This document shows positions 11,876 to 26,189 of a stretch of DNA of 64,000 nt, piece by piece. Source of the stretch: Eledone cirrhosa (lineage: Eukaryota). A program made the translations under genes and the position numbers. The notes below the pieces were generated by a model that saw only the letters and a program-made list of their open reading frames with translations, was not told where the DNA came from and ran no database searches. The first letter of the stretch is position 1, and every line of letters starts with the position of its first letter. The DNA is taken from the NCBI GenBank assembly GCA_964016885.1, contig OZ024741.1, positions 282,224,001-282,288,000 of the forward strand, given 5' to 3'.

Positions 11876-14193
11876 CACTTGTCAACAAGTATTTTTCATC
11901 AAGCATATGTCAATGTGTACTTAGTGTAGATTTTAATGCTGATTTCAAATATACAATTAGTTTTTCGACATCATGTACAGTTTTCAAGATGAGAAAGTTT
12001 TCGGTTTGTTCATGCATTATATAGAAATTCCAATTAATGACGTGTATGGATGTATTACATTTACATCATGGAAACATACCTTTAAAATAAAGTACATTAT
12101 TCATTGTTGCATAGTTCAGATGTAATATTTCATCATCTTAAATTAACCAATCAAGTTTTGTCTTGTGAAATAGGTATTTCAACATCTCAAATTGTCCAGT
12201 CATAATTGGTCTGATGAAATGTTTTATCATCTCAAATTCAATATAAGTATAACCGTTTGTATCTATTTACTTACTTGTTTTACAGTGTTAACAATGTCAA
12301 GACAGTGTAGAAATTGTCCTGATGTGTTTTGTTATGTCTCTGGACAATTTATTGTGAAAAACATACAATAACACCAGAGACCAAGAAGATTTATAAGCTA
12401 TACTTTGACTGTCGTCTTGGAGATCAGAACAAGTTATGGACACCACATTTTATCTGCCCAGCTTGCTCAAATGGCTTACGTGACTGGTTCAATAAGAAGA
12501 AGTCCATGCCTTTTGCCATTCCAATGATATGGAGGGACCTGAAAGACCATTTTAATGACTTATTTTTGCAAAGTAAATGTCACAGGATTTTCTATGAAGA
12601 ATAGACACAAAATTGTGTATCCTAATTTGGATTCTGCAACGGAAGTCTGCCAATTCCAGTTCCACCAAATGATGGTTTTGAAACATCAGATGATGATGCT
12701 GACTGTCACGATAGTGCTGCTGAGGAAGATTATGTGGCTGATGATGATAGCTTTGAACCTCAGAAATGTTCCCAAGCTGAACCAAATGACCTTGTCAGAG
12801 ACCTATCCCTCTCAAAAGATAAAGCAGAACTGTTGGTATCAAGACTGAAGGAGAAGTATCTACTAGAGCACGGTGTTCGAATAACTTATTTTCGGCAGAG
12901 AAATGTGGTTCTACAAACGTGTTTTTTCTATTGAAGGCCCTCTTTGCTTTTGCAGTAACATCGATGGACTTTTCGAATGTTTATCACAAAATCATGACCC
13001 TGCAGAGTGGCGTTTGTCTATTGACTCTTCAAAACGAAGGTTAAAAGCTGTACTCCATAATGGTAATTTGAAGCCCTCCATTCCTATTACACATTCCATT
13101 CAGCTTCATTAATCATATGAGAATATGGAACTTTGACTTCATGCCATTGCCTATGAAAGATACTCATGGAAAATATGTGGAGATTTAAAAGTCATTGGAA
13201 TGTTAATGGGAATGCAGTCAGGTTTCACAAAATACTGTTGTTTCTTGTGTCTATGGGATAGTTGGGCAACTGACAGACATTATTCAGAATCAAACTGGCA
13301 GACAAGAACATCATACCAGCCAGGACTGTCTAGCGTCAAGAATGCACCTCTTGTAGATCCATGTAATGTCTTATTGCCTCCTTTGCACATAAAGCTTGGA
13401 CTGATGAAACAGTTTGTAAAGACGCTAGGGAAGAGAAATGCCAGAGGGTTTGAGTATATTGTAGAAAAGTTTCCCAAAATCACACAGGCGAAGTTGAAAG
13501 AGGGTATCATTGTTAGACCACAAATTAGAGAAGTACTGGATGACAACACTGGATGAACTGGAACTGCCTGCCTGGAATGCTTTCAATTGGATCTGTGAGA
13601 ATTTCTTGGGCAACAAGAAGACAATGGACAACAAGGATGGCATCAAGAATCTTCTGAAATGTTACTCAGCAATGGGTTGTCGCATGTCACTGAAAGTTCA
13701 CTTCTTGGACTTCCATCTGGATATCTTTGCAGATAACCTTGGAGCAGTGTCTGGTGAACATGGTGAAAGATTTCACCAGGACATTAATGCTATGGAGAAA
13801 CGGTACCAAGGCTTCTGGAATGACAGTATGCTGGCTGACTACTGCTGGACACTTTACCATGATCAACCAGATCAGGAATATCGCAGGAAATCCAAATCAC
13901 AATGTTTCTAACTCTGTTGTTCTAGCTTTGTCTGACCCATTTTTTGTGTATTCACTCTTTGTAGAATGATAGTGATGATTTTTAACTCAATAAACTCATT
14001 TACTTTCTGAAAATAATATGTCCTTATTTATTACGTTAATGATTTCATGTAGATATTTGCATGTATCTACTGAAAAACTGATACGTGCTGCATATAAATG
14101 GAGTGAAATTTTGAAATCAGCATGAAAAATTAGTCTAAAAAAGTTGGTTTGCATTCATAATGAGTATAATACATTTATTTTTGTTGACCAGTG
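11876..14193 (+). mobile_element. Chapaev3-type (CMC) DNA transposon, full length, degenerate
   Basis: TIRs cacttgtcaacaa / ttgttgaccagtg (12/13 match), TTA target duplication at 11873-75 and 14194-96, subterminal inverted motif atgctgatttcaaa / tttgaaatcagcat. Confidence 0.85.
12294..13911 (+). pseudogene. Chapaev3 transposase pseudogene (several frameshifts and stops)
   Basis: Fragments CRNCPDVFCYV, LGDQNKLWTPHFIC, MPFAIPMIWR, YPNLDSA, IDSSKRRLKAVLHNGN, GFTKYCCFLCLWDS, LLPPLHIKLGLMKQFVK, SLKVHFL..HLD, SGEHGERFHQDI..MEKRYQG spread over several frames. Confidence 0.85.
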
Positions 14194-14879
14194 TTATTTA
14201 CATGAGAGAGAGAGAGAGAGAGAGAGAATACCCACTTTATCATAACAAATATATTTCTATCAATATCCCAGACATATGTTTTGCTTCTATCTATAAGTAT
14301 TGATATTTTAATAACTTATCAGTCTTTCCAAACAATACTCAAATCAAAAGAAATTTATATTTCATCCTTTTGACTTAGCACATAGCCAGTTTCAGCAGAG
14401 TGGACAAAATAAAATGCACCCAATACTCTCTGTAATGTGGCTGACATTAGGAAGAACATCCAGCTGTAGAAACCATACCCCAAAAGGATGGAGATGGCTG
14501 TTCAGTCATGTCCTTGACATGACAACCACTTTAATGCTGGGGTTGGTATTAAGAAGGGAATTATGCTATAGAAACTGTGCCAAAATGGCTGGTGAAGACT
14601 CTTTAGTTATATCAAGAACATGGAAATCTCCCTAGTACTAGTGCTACAATAAAATGCACCTAATTCAATATGTAAAGTTTTTATTTATTTTTTCATATAT
14701 ACAAAATAAATAAATTTATTTTGTAAATTGGTCAAACATACTGGAAAAGAAAGCATATGACTATAAATGCCATAAATGAGAAGAAAAGGAGGAAAAGAGC
14801 AAGGATTATTAGCCAAATGAAGAAAGAAAAAAAGGAAGGAGAAAAGGCGACAAACTCTACACCTAGGTCAGAGCAGTGT

Positions 14880-15190
14880 TTTGGCTGCACCCCATGGACA
14901 AAATGGCAAAGGCATTTCTGTGGATAAATGCCAGCAACATCCGCTGCAACAGCCACCTTCCTCAGACAGGCTACTATCAATCCAATTTTTTGGAGGAGGG
15001 CAGCTGTACAGGGTCCGAGGACGGCTGAGGTCTCGATGGTGACTGGTGCAAAGAGGAAGCCACTGGACAAGCCCCAGTATTTGCTTGTCTTCCAGTCCTT
15101 TGCATTGTGGGCTATGGTACCAAAGTTTGTGGCTGAAGTAACTAAGTTGGCTAGCATTAGGAAGAGCATCCAGTCGAAGAAACCATGGCA
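14880..15190 (-). pseudogene. Relic C-terminus of a CRE-like (restriction-endonuclease-type) non-LTR element
   Basis: KTSKYWGL..FLFAPVTIETSAVLGP, then in another frame WLLQRMLLAFIHRNA; resembles the K..KY..L..F.P.AVET.G..G...QRLS...RGNA motif. Confidence 0.55.
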
Positions 15191-15196
15191 AATGGA

Positions 15197-15450
15197 GTGA
15201 ACTGAAAGTAGTCGATAGCTTCTGCTCTCTATATGTTCTAGACAGTTGTGAAGGTGGGTGTATCAAAAGAACAGCAACCAGAGTAACAATAGGGTGGAAA
15301 ACGTTTAGGGAGTTGTTACCTCTGATGATTACAAAAGGTCTTTCTCTCAGAGTGTAAGGCATACTGTATGATGTTTGTATATGAACTGTGATGCTGCCTG
15401 GTAGTGAGACATGATTCTTAAATGCAGATCTGCAGTGACTGAAAATCAGA
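15197..15450 (+). pseudogene. Old RTE RT-thumb relic
   Basis: Plus-strand translation VVDSFC...RVTIGWKTFRELLPL..KGLSLRV*GILYDVCI*TVMLPGSET aligns to the young RTE ORF. Confidence 0.7.
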
Positions 15451-16949
15451 TATAGTTCAGGACTAGCTGTATTGAAATTTATTCCCATTTTTCACAAAAT
15501 ATATATCAATGAGTGAACCACTACACCATAGTTAGATCTGCAAAAGTTAACAGCCAAATTTCCCTCAAATAACAGTGCTGTCTTAAAAAGAGAAACACAT
15601 AGCTAGATTCAGTTCTAGGATATACTGAAACTTTTTCTAATTCTTTACAAAATACATACCAAGCCTGAACCAATAAATTAACCACATCATTAAACCTGCA
15701 AGAAATAGCAGCCAAATTTTCCTCAAATAACACTCTACTGTCTTATAAAGTGAAATACACATTGAATAATGTAGTCTTAGATATAATGTAACTAATAGTA
15801 AAGATAGGATGGTTGACATGGAATGTGCTTGGCCAGGGATCAGACCTGATGCTATCTTGAACAATATAGTAGCAATGAAAAGTAGTTGAATAGAAGTGGG
15901 TTTATGGAAGGAAAAAACAAGATGTATCTTTCACCTGGCAAATACTTCAATTGTTACTCATTCTCTTTTCAGACACACAACAATAGAAAGGAAGGAAATA
16001 GAAATATAAACCTTGATAAATCTAGATAGGAAATTATTGTTGTTATGAGGATGATTGTCATAGGGATGGTTGTTATAGAGACTGTTGACACAGAGACTAC
16101 TAGACTCTAGCTAGGTAATAACTAGCCAGTTGTTGTTAAAAAGGTGGCAGAGATAACTGTTTTTCATCAATCATAGGCAAGTAACAGGTTACAAACAGAA
16201 TACCATTGTTAAATTAAATTTCTTGAATAGCCAAGCCTGTCTGGTTCAATAAAGCAGTAAACCTATAATTATATATATATTTTCAACAAGACGAAGTACA
16301 GGTATCTCCCACATTATGGAAGCATGGCATTCCTAAAAAAATCTTGCTGAAAATTGGAATTCCACAACAGAAAACTTATTTTTCCATTGGTTTTTATTTT
16401 ATAAATTAAGATGCGTTCTGTCAAATTTTCCAAAACAAAAAAACAAACAAAACAAAAACAACAAAAAAACCCATCTCTTTTATGCATGGAAATGATTTGA
16501 TTTCTAAACAGACACAGCACAGTATATATACATAAAAATATTAAAAAAGAAATACATTAGGGAATAAATAAGAATTGTAATATAATAATAGGGTACGAGG
16601 GTGGTGGTTTGACAAATTAGAGTGTTGGATAAAATGACATGCTATTTGTTCTGGCTATTTACAACCCAAATTCAAATCCCATCTCTCATCATGGTCAACT
16701 TTGCCTTTCATTCTTCCAGGGTCAATAAAATAAAATACTAGTTAAATACTGGAATTGATTCAACTTTGCTCTTTCCTAAAATTTACTGGTCTTGTGCTTA
16801 AATTTAAAATGGATATCATATTAGGGCATATTCTCACCACAAAAGATATTGACTGTTGTGTGAGGGGACATGAGGCAGTGGAAATTACTGAGAAGATGAG
16901 GGACACTTCTGCCCAAGAGTTCATCACCTTCAGCATCTGCTTGATGGCC

Positions 16950-17270
16950 AAGAAACTTATTCAAGGTTGTTTGATGTTTACAATGATCCTCCTCTTTGTA
17001 CAGCTCAGTGTAGGAACTGAGCTCATTATAAACTCTTGTAATGATTATGTTGCATTCATTATTAGGATTTTTATCAGTGAAATGTTGTAGAGCTTCCTCT
17101 ATAAGTGCTAACCCTTTAACAAAATTCTTTACTGTCAAATGGAGTGAGTCTCCTCTTCTTACTCAGCAGTTCACTCTTATTCTAACATCATCATCTCCCC
17201 ATTAGAGAAACTTTTTCTACAAGACTCTAGAAATTGAACTACATCATCTATGACTTCTTTAAACCTTCAT
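16950..17270 (-). pseudogene. Tigger/pogo transposase C-terminal relic
   Basis: TVKNFVKGLALIEEALQHFTDKNPNNE...YTELYKEE..HQTTLNKFL; possible TIR-like end near 16299. Confidence 0.5.
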
Positions 17271-18130
17271 GATTTGCCAGTATCACAATATCTTATTCAA
17301 ATAGGGAGCCTCTTAGTAGTTACTTGACCTCTGAGAAATAACAGTGAAATCTCCCTTAAATCATACTCTATTGTCTTGAAATGGGAAGGGCACACTGGAT
17401 AATGTGAGCTTGGCTACACTATATTTGAATAAAAGACGAATGGTTATAGCTGAAATGACTTTGTTCATAGGTCTGTTCAATCAGGGCTGGCCTGGGGTTA
17501 AACAATAACAACATATATCATAATGAATAAAAGTGATGTAACTTGTGTTATGATAAATATTAGAGTTTAAACATCTTAGCCTAAGAATCAATAATCAATC
17601 TATCTATGACTCAACAAAACTAATATATATGCCATAATATATATAACCACAGAGCAAATATCTATTATTTGAACAGATTAAAGTTTAAGCACAGGATATT
17701 CACTGAATAAGGTGAAAACACAGGCTCTGTGAAACTTTTAATCTGATCAAATAATGTATGTATGTATGTGTGTTCATGCGTGTGTGTGTGCGCGCGCGCA
17801 TGCACAAAAATACCAAAAGTATGGTATCTGAAGCACAAGAATGTACTAATTAAGGTGTAATAGGTGAGGTGTATGTTTTGTTTTTAATGGCTTAGTCAGA
17901 GGGGGTAAGGAAGAGTATTATCCTTGATTATTTGCAAGGCCTCTGAGATTGGTGATGGAGGAAAAGTAGGAAGAAACCACAACTCGGGAGTTACTGCAGC
18001 AGGAAGTATCATATCAAGATAAAATCATCATCATACCAGATATCTGGTCCAAATGCTTGCAACAGAATGGATACAGCTAAAGGTAATCGAGGACCAGGTG
18101 GTGGTGTTAAATCAAGCAATGGATTACATT

Positions 18131-18358
18131 TACCGAGACACTGCATCCTTTAAGACACTCATGCTTCCCGAAATACGCCAAAACTACACCTGATGTACCC
18201 CTTCTATACACATGCACACATGTGTGTATCATGACTCATGCACTGTTCATTTTCCTGATGTTTGTAAATTACCCTATGTACTATACATACACTTTTTGAT
18301 GAGTTGTAGTGCACCTGAGCACTGTACACAATATTTCATTATTATTATTATTATTATA
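18131..18358 (+). mobile_element. 3' UTR fragment of the CR1-like LINE
   Basis: Aligns to 45590-45806 and ends in an (ATT)n tail. Confidence 0.75.
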
Positions 18359-19034
18359 TATTATTATATTTTCTTACATTATATCGAATCATTGAGATTT
18401 TGATATTATTCATTTTGAGAACAATAACTTAACATCAGTATTATCAGCCAGTTACGGCCAGTTTGAACAGAAAGAGGTGAGAGAATTCTGGCTAGATACG
18501 GTCGGTTTAAATACTAAAGGGTTAAATATTGAGCAATGTGTTTATTACAGGAACATAATCACCCAATATTTGCTAGTTACTAGTTTTTATACATCTTTGT
18601 CACATGTTAACTTTAGAAATATAAAAACATTCCTATTCCCCTCCTCATATCTATGAGAGAAAAGAAGAAAGAAAGGATGGTGTGTAACAGATTCAGTGTG
18701 GTCATTGCTAGTTGTAAGCTATTTTACAAAAACTGATTTTTACAGTAACCAATATTTTACATGTTCTTTAGGAATTTGTTTTTCTGAGAACCTGTTATGA
18801 CTCATTATGGATCTCTGATATAAAACCATAGACACTACTAACTACCCTTTCATTTGAGACTATGTAATAAAATATCACCTATATATACTCAGTCCCTTCT
18901 TTTAAAAAGAGATCTCGTGCTTTATTATAGAAAATGAGAGAAGTTATAAGAAGATATTTTGAAGAGTACATATCTTAATGTGAGCCAGAAACACAGTTTA
19001 CTATTGCATTTGAATCAGGGAATCACAAATTTTA

Positions 19035-19196
19035 ATGTTGAACCAGTGTCAGATATATTATTAATACACATTACATTACACATCTCACTGTTGAACCAGT
19101 GTCAGATACCTTGTGAATATACATTACGTATCTCAATATTAAACCAGTGTCAGATATATTGTTGATACATACTACATATCTCACTGTCGAACCAGA
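19035..19196. repeat. Degenerate tandem repeat, unit about 50 bp, about 3.5 copies
   Basis: Recurrent gaaccagtgtcagata..catctcactgt. Confidence 0.75.
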
Positions 19197-19652
19197 ATCA
19201 AACATCTTAGAATGAAATTCCTATTACATAGCTACTCATTGCAGTCTGAGCCACACTTTTTGACTCTGAGTCTGTATCATTCCTTTTAATGCTGATTCAG
19301 ATTCACACATCTTTCTATTATACAAAGGGCAAATATCTTACTATAGTGCTACATGACCTAATAAGGTAACTGTGTCATGCAATTTTAAAATATACCAACA
19401 TTATACACATTACTCTTCTACCAATGTCCCACAGTTATATCTAAACCAAAAGCTTTACAGTTCTACAAACACCACATATTTATTGCAAGAAAAGGAGGAG
19501 AAAATTAACAGGTACCAGAATCTAAAGTGAGATTTGGGGCTGTCATGAGATCAAGGTCATTCCCATCATCATAAGAGCACTAGCCACTTGAATAATTTCC
19601 AAGGCTGGCTAAAGAAAATTAACCCAACACCCTTTCTCGGGACACTGCAAAA

Positions 19653-19803
19653 CAGTAGTCGCCAACCTTTTGGACCTCACGGACCACTAAATTCATAATT
19701 TTAAATCCTGCAGACCCCTAATATGAATTTTTTTAAAAAGAGAAATATATTAAAATTTTTCTGCAGATCATCAACATTTTCTCTTGGACCACTGGTGGTC
19801 CAA
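19653..19803 (+). mobile_element. hAT-type MITE fragment abutting the GAA tract
   Basis: cagtagtcgccaaccttttggacctcacggaccac start and internal palindrome ttggaccactggtggtccaa. Confidence 0.5.
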
Positions 19804-20022
19804 GAAGAAGAAGAAGAAGAAGAAGAAGAAGAAGAAGAAGAAGAAGAAGAAGAAGAAGAAGAAGAAGAAGAAGAAGAAGAAGAAGAAGAAGAAGAAGAAG
19901 AAGAAGAAGAAGAAGAAGAAGAAGAAGAAGAAGAAGAAGAAGAAGAAGAAGAAGAAGAAGAAGAAGAAGAAGAAGAAGACAGCAGATAGAAGAAGAAGAA
20001 GAAGAAGAAGAAGAAGAAGAAG
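19802..20022. repeat. Long (GAA)n microsatellite with duplicated gacagcagata interruption
   Basis: Directly visible. Confidence 0.97.
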
Positions 20023-20164
20023 ACAGCAGATAGAAGATTATGAAAGTCAGGAAAACTTGAGAATGTTGTAATCAAGGACTAAATTAACTATTTTACTATA
20101 CACCCCATTATTTTCGACAGGTACTATGCTAGTATGTATGTGGGTGTATATATATATATATGTT

Positions 20165-20232
<68 letters not shown>

Positions 20233-20269
20233 TTCATATATATGCATACATCCATAACTATTTATATAA

Positions 20270-20311
<42 letters not shown>

Positions 20312-20313
<2 letters not shown>

Positions 20314-21942
20314 CATCATCATCATCATCATCATCAACGTTTAACGTCCGTGTTCCATGCTTGCATGGGTTTGGACGGGGGTAGTCCCACTTGAGGCAAG
20401 AGTGATTGTCTTGCTCGCATAGGACTGTCTGGCAGGTTTTCTACAGTTGGATGCCCTTCCTAACACCAACCACATTTACAGTGTGGGTCTGGGAGGTTTT
20501 TACCGTGTTGCCTACACGGCCACATTACAGCGTGGACTGTGTGTTTTTTTGTCGTGACACCTACACGATCTCATTTGTTTCGGCCTCGATGGCGCGGCAC
20601 CAACATAACTTTACATAGACCGGGGTGGTGTGGATCGGGTGGGGGTGGTGGTGGTGGGACGGGGTGTATTTTGTTAGAGATGCCTACTGGCTGGAGTAGG
20701 TTTTACTATATATTTAGGTAAGGCGGGTCTTCTCTGTTACTGAGTACCGCCAGAGGTCTCGGTCCAGTGACATTGTCTTGGAGAGGTGTAAGTGTGTGAT
20801 GTCGGAGTTTATCAGCTCGTCCCAGGTTTTTCTAGGTCTGCCTATTCCGTGACTACCGTCTATCTTTATTGCCCTGCACTTTGTTATACAGCTATCGACT
20901 TTCATGCGCATCACGTGTCCATACCAACGTAGCCTTCTCTCGAGTAAACAACATCTGATCCCTCTTATCTCTAATTTTTTCCTTAGTTCGTTTATGCTTT
21001 GCCGTTCACGTATATTACTGTTACACATCCAGCGGAGCATGCAAGCTTCGTTTCTCTCTAGTCTGCGTATATCCTCTGCACACAATGCCCAGGTCTCACT
21101 GCCATGCAGCATTGCTGTTCGTATGCAGGCATCGTACAACCTGCCTTTCATTTTTAGTGAGAACCCTTTAGCAGCTAATAGTGGTATAAGCTCTCTGAAC
21201 TTTTTCCAACCAGTTCTGACTCTAGCTACAGTACTTTCAGAGCACCCTCCCCCACTGCTGATTTTATCGCCCAGGTAACGGAAGCTGTCCACTATTTCTA
21301 TAGAACCCTCTGCGCAATTGAAAGAGCTAGTAGTTTGTGGGCACTTGCTGCTACTTATTGCACCAGAGCACCGGCCACATGTAAAATCTATGTTCTTAGT
21401 TAGCTTACCTGTGATCCCACTACATCTTTTATGCACCCATACTTTGCATTTAGGACATAAAATGGAGTTTCTACCTACGCCTTTCCTACACACCGAGCAC
21501 GACCATTTCCCAGAAGGGACCGCCGCCTTGTTTTCTTTCCTACAAACTAGTACTTTGGTCTTAGCCAGGTTAATTTTAAGTCCTTTTGACTCTAGGCCGT
21601 GCTTCCATGTTTGGAATTTCTTCTCTAGCTCGGCCATTGATTCCGCTATGAGTGTCAGGTCGTCTGCGTATAGGAGTTCCCATGGGCAGCCTGTCTTGAA
21701 CTCCTCTGTTATAGCCTGAAGGGCAATAATAAATAGTAGTGGACTGAGAACAGAGCCCTGATGGACGCCAACTTTTACGCTAAACTCTTCACTATATTCG
21801 TTGTTAATTCTATCCTTGCTGACTGTTTCTTTATACATGGCTTGTATAGCCCTCACAAGCCATTCGTCAACGCCTAGTTTTCTAAGAGCCCACCAGATAA
21901 TGGAGCGGGGGACTCTGTCGAAGGCTTTCTCCAAGTCGACAA
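20312..21942 (-). mobile_element. RTE-clade LINE copy A, 5'-truncated
   Basis: ORF 20714-21934 (DLEKAFD, QGSVLSPLLF, YADD, PHD finger, RRLRWYGHV, GRPRKTW), (GAT)n tail, TA-rich flanks. Confidence 0.95.
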
Positions 21943-22102
21943 TATATTATATATATATATATATATATATGTAGATAAATCTACCAAGAGTTTACGGTAG
22001 TGTCCAATCCGTATGAAGAACTCAATGTAGTCCGGATATCATGGTAAGAAGAGATGCAATGAAAAATCACTTTCGGTGAAAGATAAACGGAATACAGAGT
22101 CA

Positions 22103-22248
<146 letters not shown>

Positions 22249-22268
22249 TATATATATATAATATATAT

Positions 22269-22312
<44 letters not shown>

Positions 22313-22327
22313 ATATATATATTATAT

Positions 22328-23663
22328 ATCATCATCATCATCATCATCATCAACGTTTAACGTCCGTGTTCCACGCTTGCATGGGTTTGGACGGGGGTAG
22401 TCCCACTTGAGGCAAGAGTGATTGTCTTGCTCGCATAGGACTGTCTGGCAGGTTTTCTACAGTTGGATGCCCTTCCTAACACCAACCACATTTACAGTGT
22501 GGGTCTGGGAGGTTTTTACCGTGTTGCCTACACGGCCACATTACAGCGTGGACTGTGTGTTTTTTTGTCGTGACACCTACACGATCTCATTTGTTTCGGC
22601 CTGGATGGCGCGGCACCAACATAACTTTACATAGAACGGGGTGGTGTGGATGGGGTGGGGGTGGCGGCGGGAGGGGTGTATTTTGTTAGATATGCCTACT
22701 GGCAAGGCGGGTCTTCTCTGTTACTGAGTACCGCCAAAGGTCACGGTCCAGTGACATTGTCTTGGAGAGGTGTAAGTGTGTGAGGTCGGAGTTTATCAGC
22801 TCATCCCATGTTTTTCTAGGTCTGCCTATTCCGTGGCTACCGTCTATCTTTATTGCCCTGCACTTTGTAATACAGCTATCGACTTTCATGCGCATCACGT
22901 GTCCATACCAACGCAGCCTTCTCTCGAGTAAACAACATCTGATCCCTCTTATCTCTAATTTTTTCCTTAGTTCGTTTATGCTTTGCCGTTCACGTATATT
23001 ACTGTTACACATCCAGCGGAGCATGCAAGCTTCGTTCCTCTCTAGTCTGCGTATATCCTCTGCACACAATGCCCAGGTCTCACTACCATGCAACATTGCT
23101 GTTCGTATGCAGGCATCGTACAACCTGCCTTTCATTTTTAGGGAGAACCCTTTAGCAGCTAATAGTGGTATAAGCTCTCTGAACTTTTTCCAACCAGTTC
23201 TGACTCTAGCTACAGTACTTTCAGAGCACCCTCCCCCACTGCTGATTTTATCGCCCAGGTAACGGAAGCTGTCCACTATTTCTATAGAACCCTCTGCGCA
23301 ATTGAAAGAGCTAGTATTTTGTGGGCACTTGCTGCTACTTATTGCACCAGAACACCGGCCACATGTAAAGTCTATGTTCTTAGTTAGCTTACCTGTGATC
23401 CCACTACATCTTTTATGCACCCATACTTTGCATTTAGGACATAAGATGGAGTTTCTACCTACGCCTTTCCTACATACCGAGCACGACCATTTCCCAGAAG
23501 GGACCGCCGCCTTGTTTTCTTTCCTACAAACTAGAACTTTGGTCTTAGCCAGGTTAATTTTAAGTCCTTTTGACTCTAGGCCGTGCTTCCATGTTTGGAA
23601 TTTCTTCTCTAGCTCGGCCATTGATTCCGCTATGAGTGTCAGGTCGTCTGCGTATAGGAGTTC

Positions 23664-23667
<4 letters not shown>
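22328..23667 (-). mobile_element. RTE LINE copy B (variant subfamily), 5'-truncated at WELLYADD
   Basis: Same ORF with more substitutions and a deletion near the stop giving C-terminus RLASRHI; (TA)n on both sides. Confidence 0.95.
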
Positions 23668-23731
<64 letters not shown>

Positions 23732-24729
23732 CAGCTGCTATATATACACACACATACTAGCATGGTTTGGAAGGATCATATACACACACATACACATATA
23801 TAATTTTACATTCACTATGCCATATTGTGTCTGTGTGTGTGAGTATTCATGTGTGTGCTATGGAATGAAAACAATTTTATCCATCAGGGCGTTCCCGTCT
23901 GTACAATTAATTTTCATAAAGTCTGAACTGCAATGTATATTCCTTGGGAAATTGGACCCTAATATAATCAGATCCCCAAGTTATACTCTGATCCTTCCTT
24001 ACACCCTTTTTTTCTCTCTCTCTCTTTATTTTGTTCATTCCTTTTCTTCTCACTCAGTCACATAATTACACACACACACAATTTCACATGCACACACACC
24101 CTCACTCAGTAATATGCACACATAATTACACACACAGACTCTCTCTCAGTCACACACACATACACTCACAAATGTAAGCATGCCTGTACTATAGTTTAAG
24201 GATTATAGTAACTAGGTTAGTTTTAAGTCCTCAAGTCATTAGGACATCAGATTAACAAATACCTCAGTATTTGTTTCAACTCTCTGCACTCTAAGATCAA
24301 ATCTCACCAATGTCATCTTTGCTTTCATCTTTTTGTGGTTGATTAATATGGTACCAGTTTAATACTGGGGTTGATTCTTCATCTATTGTTCATTATCATT
24401 TCCTCTACCTCTTATCATTCTCCCCCTCTCTCACTCTCTATCCTTTTTCTTTCTCTAGAAGAAATGGGATGTGTTCTGCTTAGAGGGGACAAGCTCTGTC
24501 AGGTTTAAAATACCAAAGACATGATGTGTGTCAGGATTGGGGCCCCTATGTCTCCATCAGGAGTTAAGTGTCCCTTACATAACTTTCTTTATTTGTTCAA
24601 TTTAACTGACACATAAACAGGATGTATGTGAGAAAGAAGCAATTGTTGGAAATTCAGCGGTAACCAACTGACTAGAAAAATCTCTCTCCCTGAATGAATC
24701 TAAACAGCACCATCAAATACCAAATATAT

Positions 24730-25073
24730 ATAACCCTGGCATTCGTGGAATTTTCCTTTGAACCTAATTAATATTTGTTTATGGAAACCATCATATATTC
24801 GTGGAATTGTAAATATCTTCCACAACTTTTTTATGGCTTTTTTCATGGCAATATATATTTTCTTTAATGCTAAATTATTAATAACAATATACCGTATTTG
24901 CTGGCCTATTGGACACCCTTTCACATTAGATGCTCCCGCTTTTTTAAAAATCATATTATACGTTATATTTTGAGGTTTATAGGCATTTTTATGGACCATG
25001 TTCAATATTCAGTTTTTCACTCTTCACAGGTGCTCTAGGAACGCAACCCCCGCAAATACCAGGGGACAACTTT
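24730..25073. mobile_element. Probable Tigger/pogo-type MITE
   Basis: Right end ctaggaacgcaacccccgcaaataccaggggacaact resembles pogo-family MITE termini; left end degenerate. Confidence 0.4.
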
Positions 25074-25745
25074 ATATGTCTCTACAAAGATGGCGAGGCT
25101 ACCGCCAACACCACCACCACCACTGTTATATTGGTATGAGGCGACTGCATCATACCAATATAACACAGCTCTTTTTGTAGACAGTTCCCAAATAGAATTT
25201 TCAATTTTTCATTTTCTTTATATGTTTGGAGTCAACGTAACCCTGTTATGCAATTCTGTGGAAGTTGCCTCTCTTGCATCATATTTGGATGATGGAGCTG
25301 GACCATCAAAATATGTATAATGATTTCACGGAAATAAAATTCTAAAGTAAATTTTCCTGTCCGGCCTTCTGTTGTTGTTTAATAAATACTTTACTCCGTT
25401 CCTGCACCAACCACTGGATACCACATCTACGATGGATGACTTGCATAACGTTGAGTGCTTTGACTGATTTGTTACATCATGTTTTACCAACCAGAACCAC
25501 TAATTCTACCTACTGGTAATCATACTAACTTAAATGGTATATATACACACACACATAATACTGAATAAATCAAAGTTTTAAAATCAAATCCATCTTTAAT
25601 CTCAACAATTGTTTCTATACAGATGAGAAACATGTAAACAATGAACCAATCTGTTATAATTAATAATCATTCACATGGTCTTAATCTTCAAATACTTTAT
25701 TAAAAATAACGATTCCTACATTATAATTACCACTACCCCCGCTAG

Positions 25746-25791
<46 letters not shown>

Positions 25792-25989
25792 CAAAGCTGA
25801 ATGTAAGTTTCCAATTCCAGTCCTCATTTATCTATCAATCAGTCCACCTATCAATCTATCACTATGTATGTGTGTGTGTGCGCATGTGATCCAGTAGAAT
25901 ATGTATTTGTACATGTGTATACTTGCATGTTAACTGCATAACCATATATGGAAAGGTCACCCTACTTTAAGTATCATTAAGACTGTTTC

Positions 25990-26189
25990 NNNNNNNNNNN
26001 NNNNNNNNNNNNNNNNNNNNNNNNNNNNNNNNNNNNNNNNNNNNNNNNNNNNNNNNNNNNNNNNNNNNNNNNNNNNNNNNNNNNNNNNNNNNNNNNNNNN
26101 NNNNNNNNNNNNNNNNNNNNNNNNNNNNNNNNNNNNNNNNNNNNNNNNNNNNNNNNNNNNNNNNNNNNNNNNNNNNNNNNNNNNNNNNN
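25990..26189. other. Assembly gap (200 N)
   Basis: Run of N. Confidence 1.

Noticed and set aside
19701-20075. Poly-E, poly-K and poly-S ORFs
   Set aside because: Translations of the (GAA)n tract.
20904-21719. Antisense ORFs repeated in every RTE copy
   Set aside because: Shadow frames of the RT ORF; they recur only because the copies are near-identical.
21971-22101. 130-bp insert between TA tracts with small hairpins
   Set aside because: No complete ribozyme core, ORF or repeat match found in the window; left unclassified.
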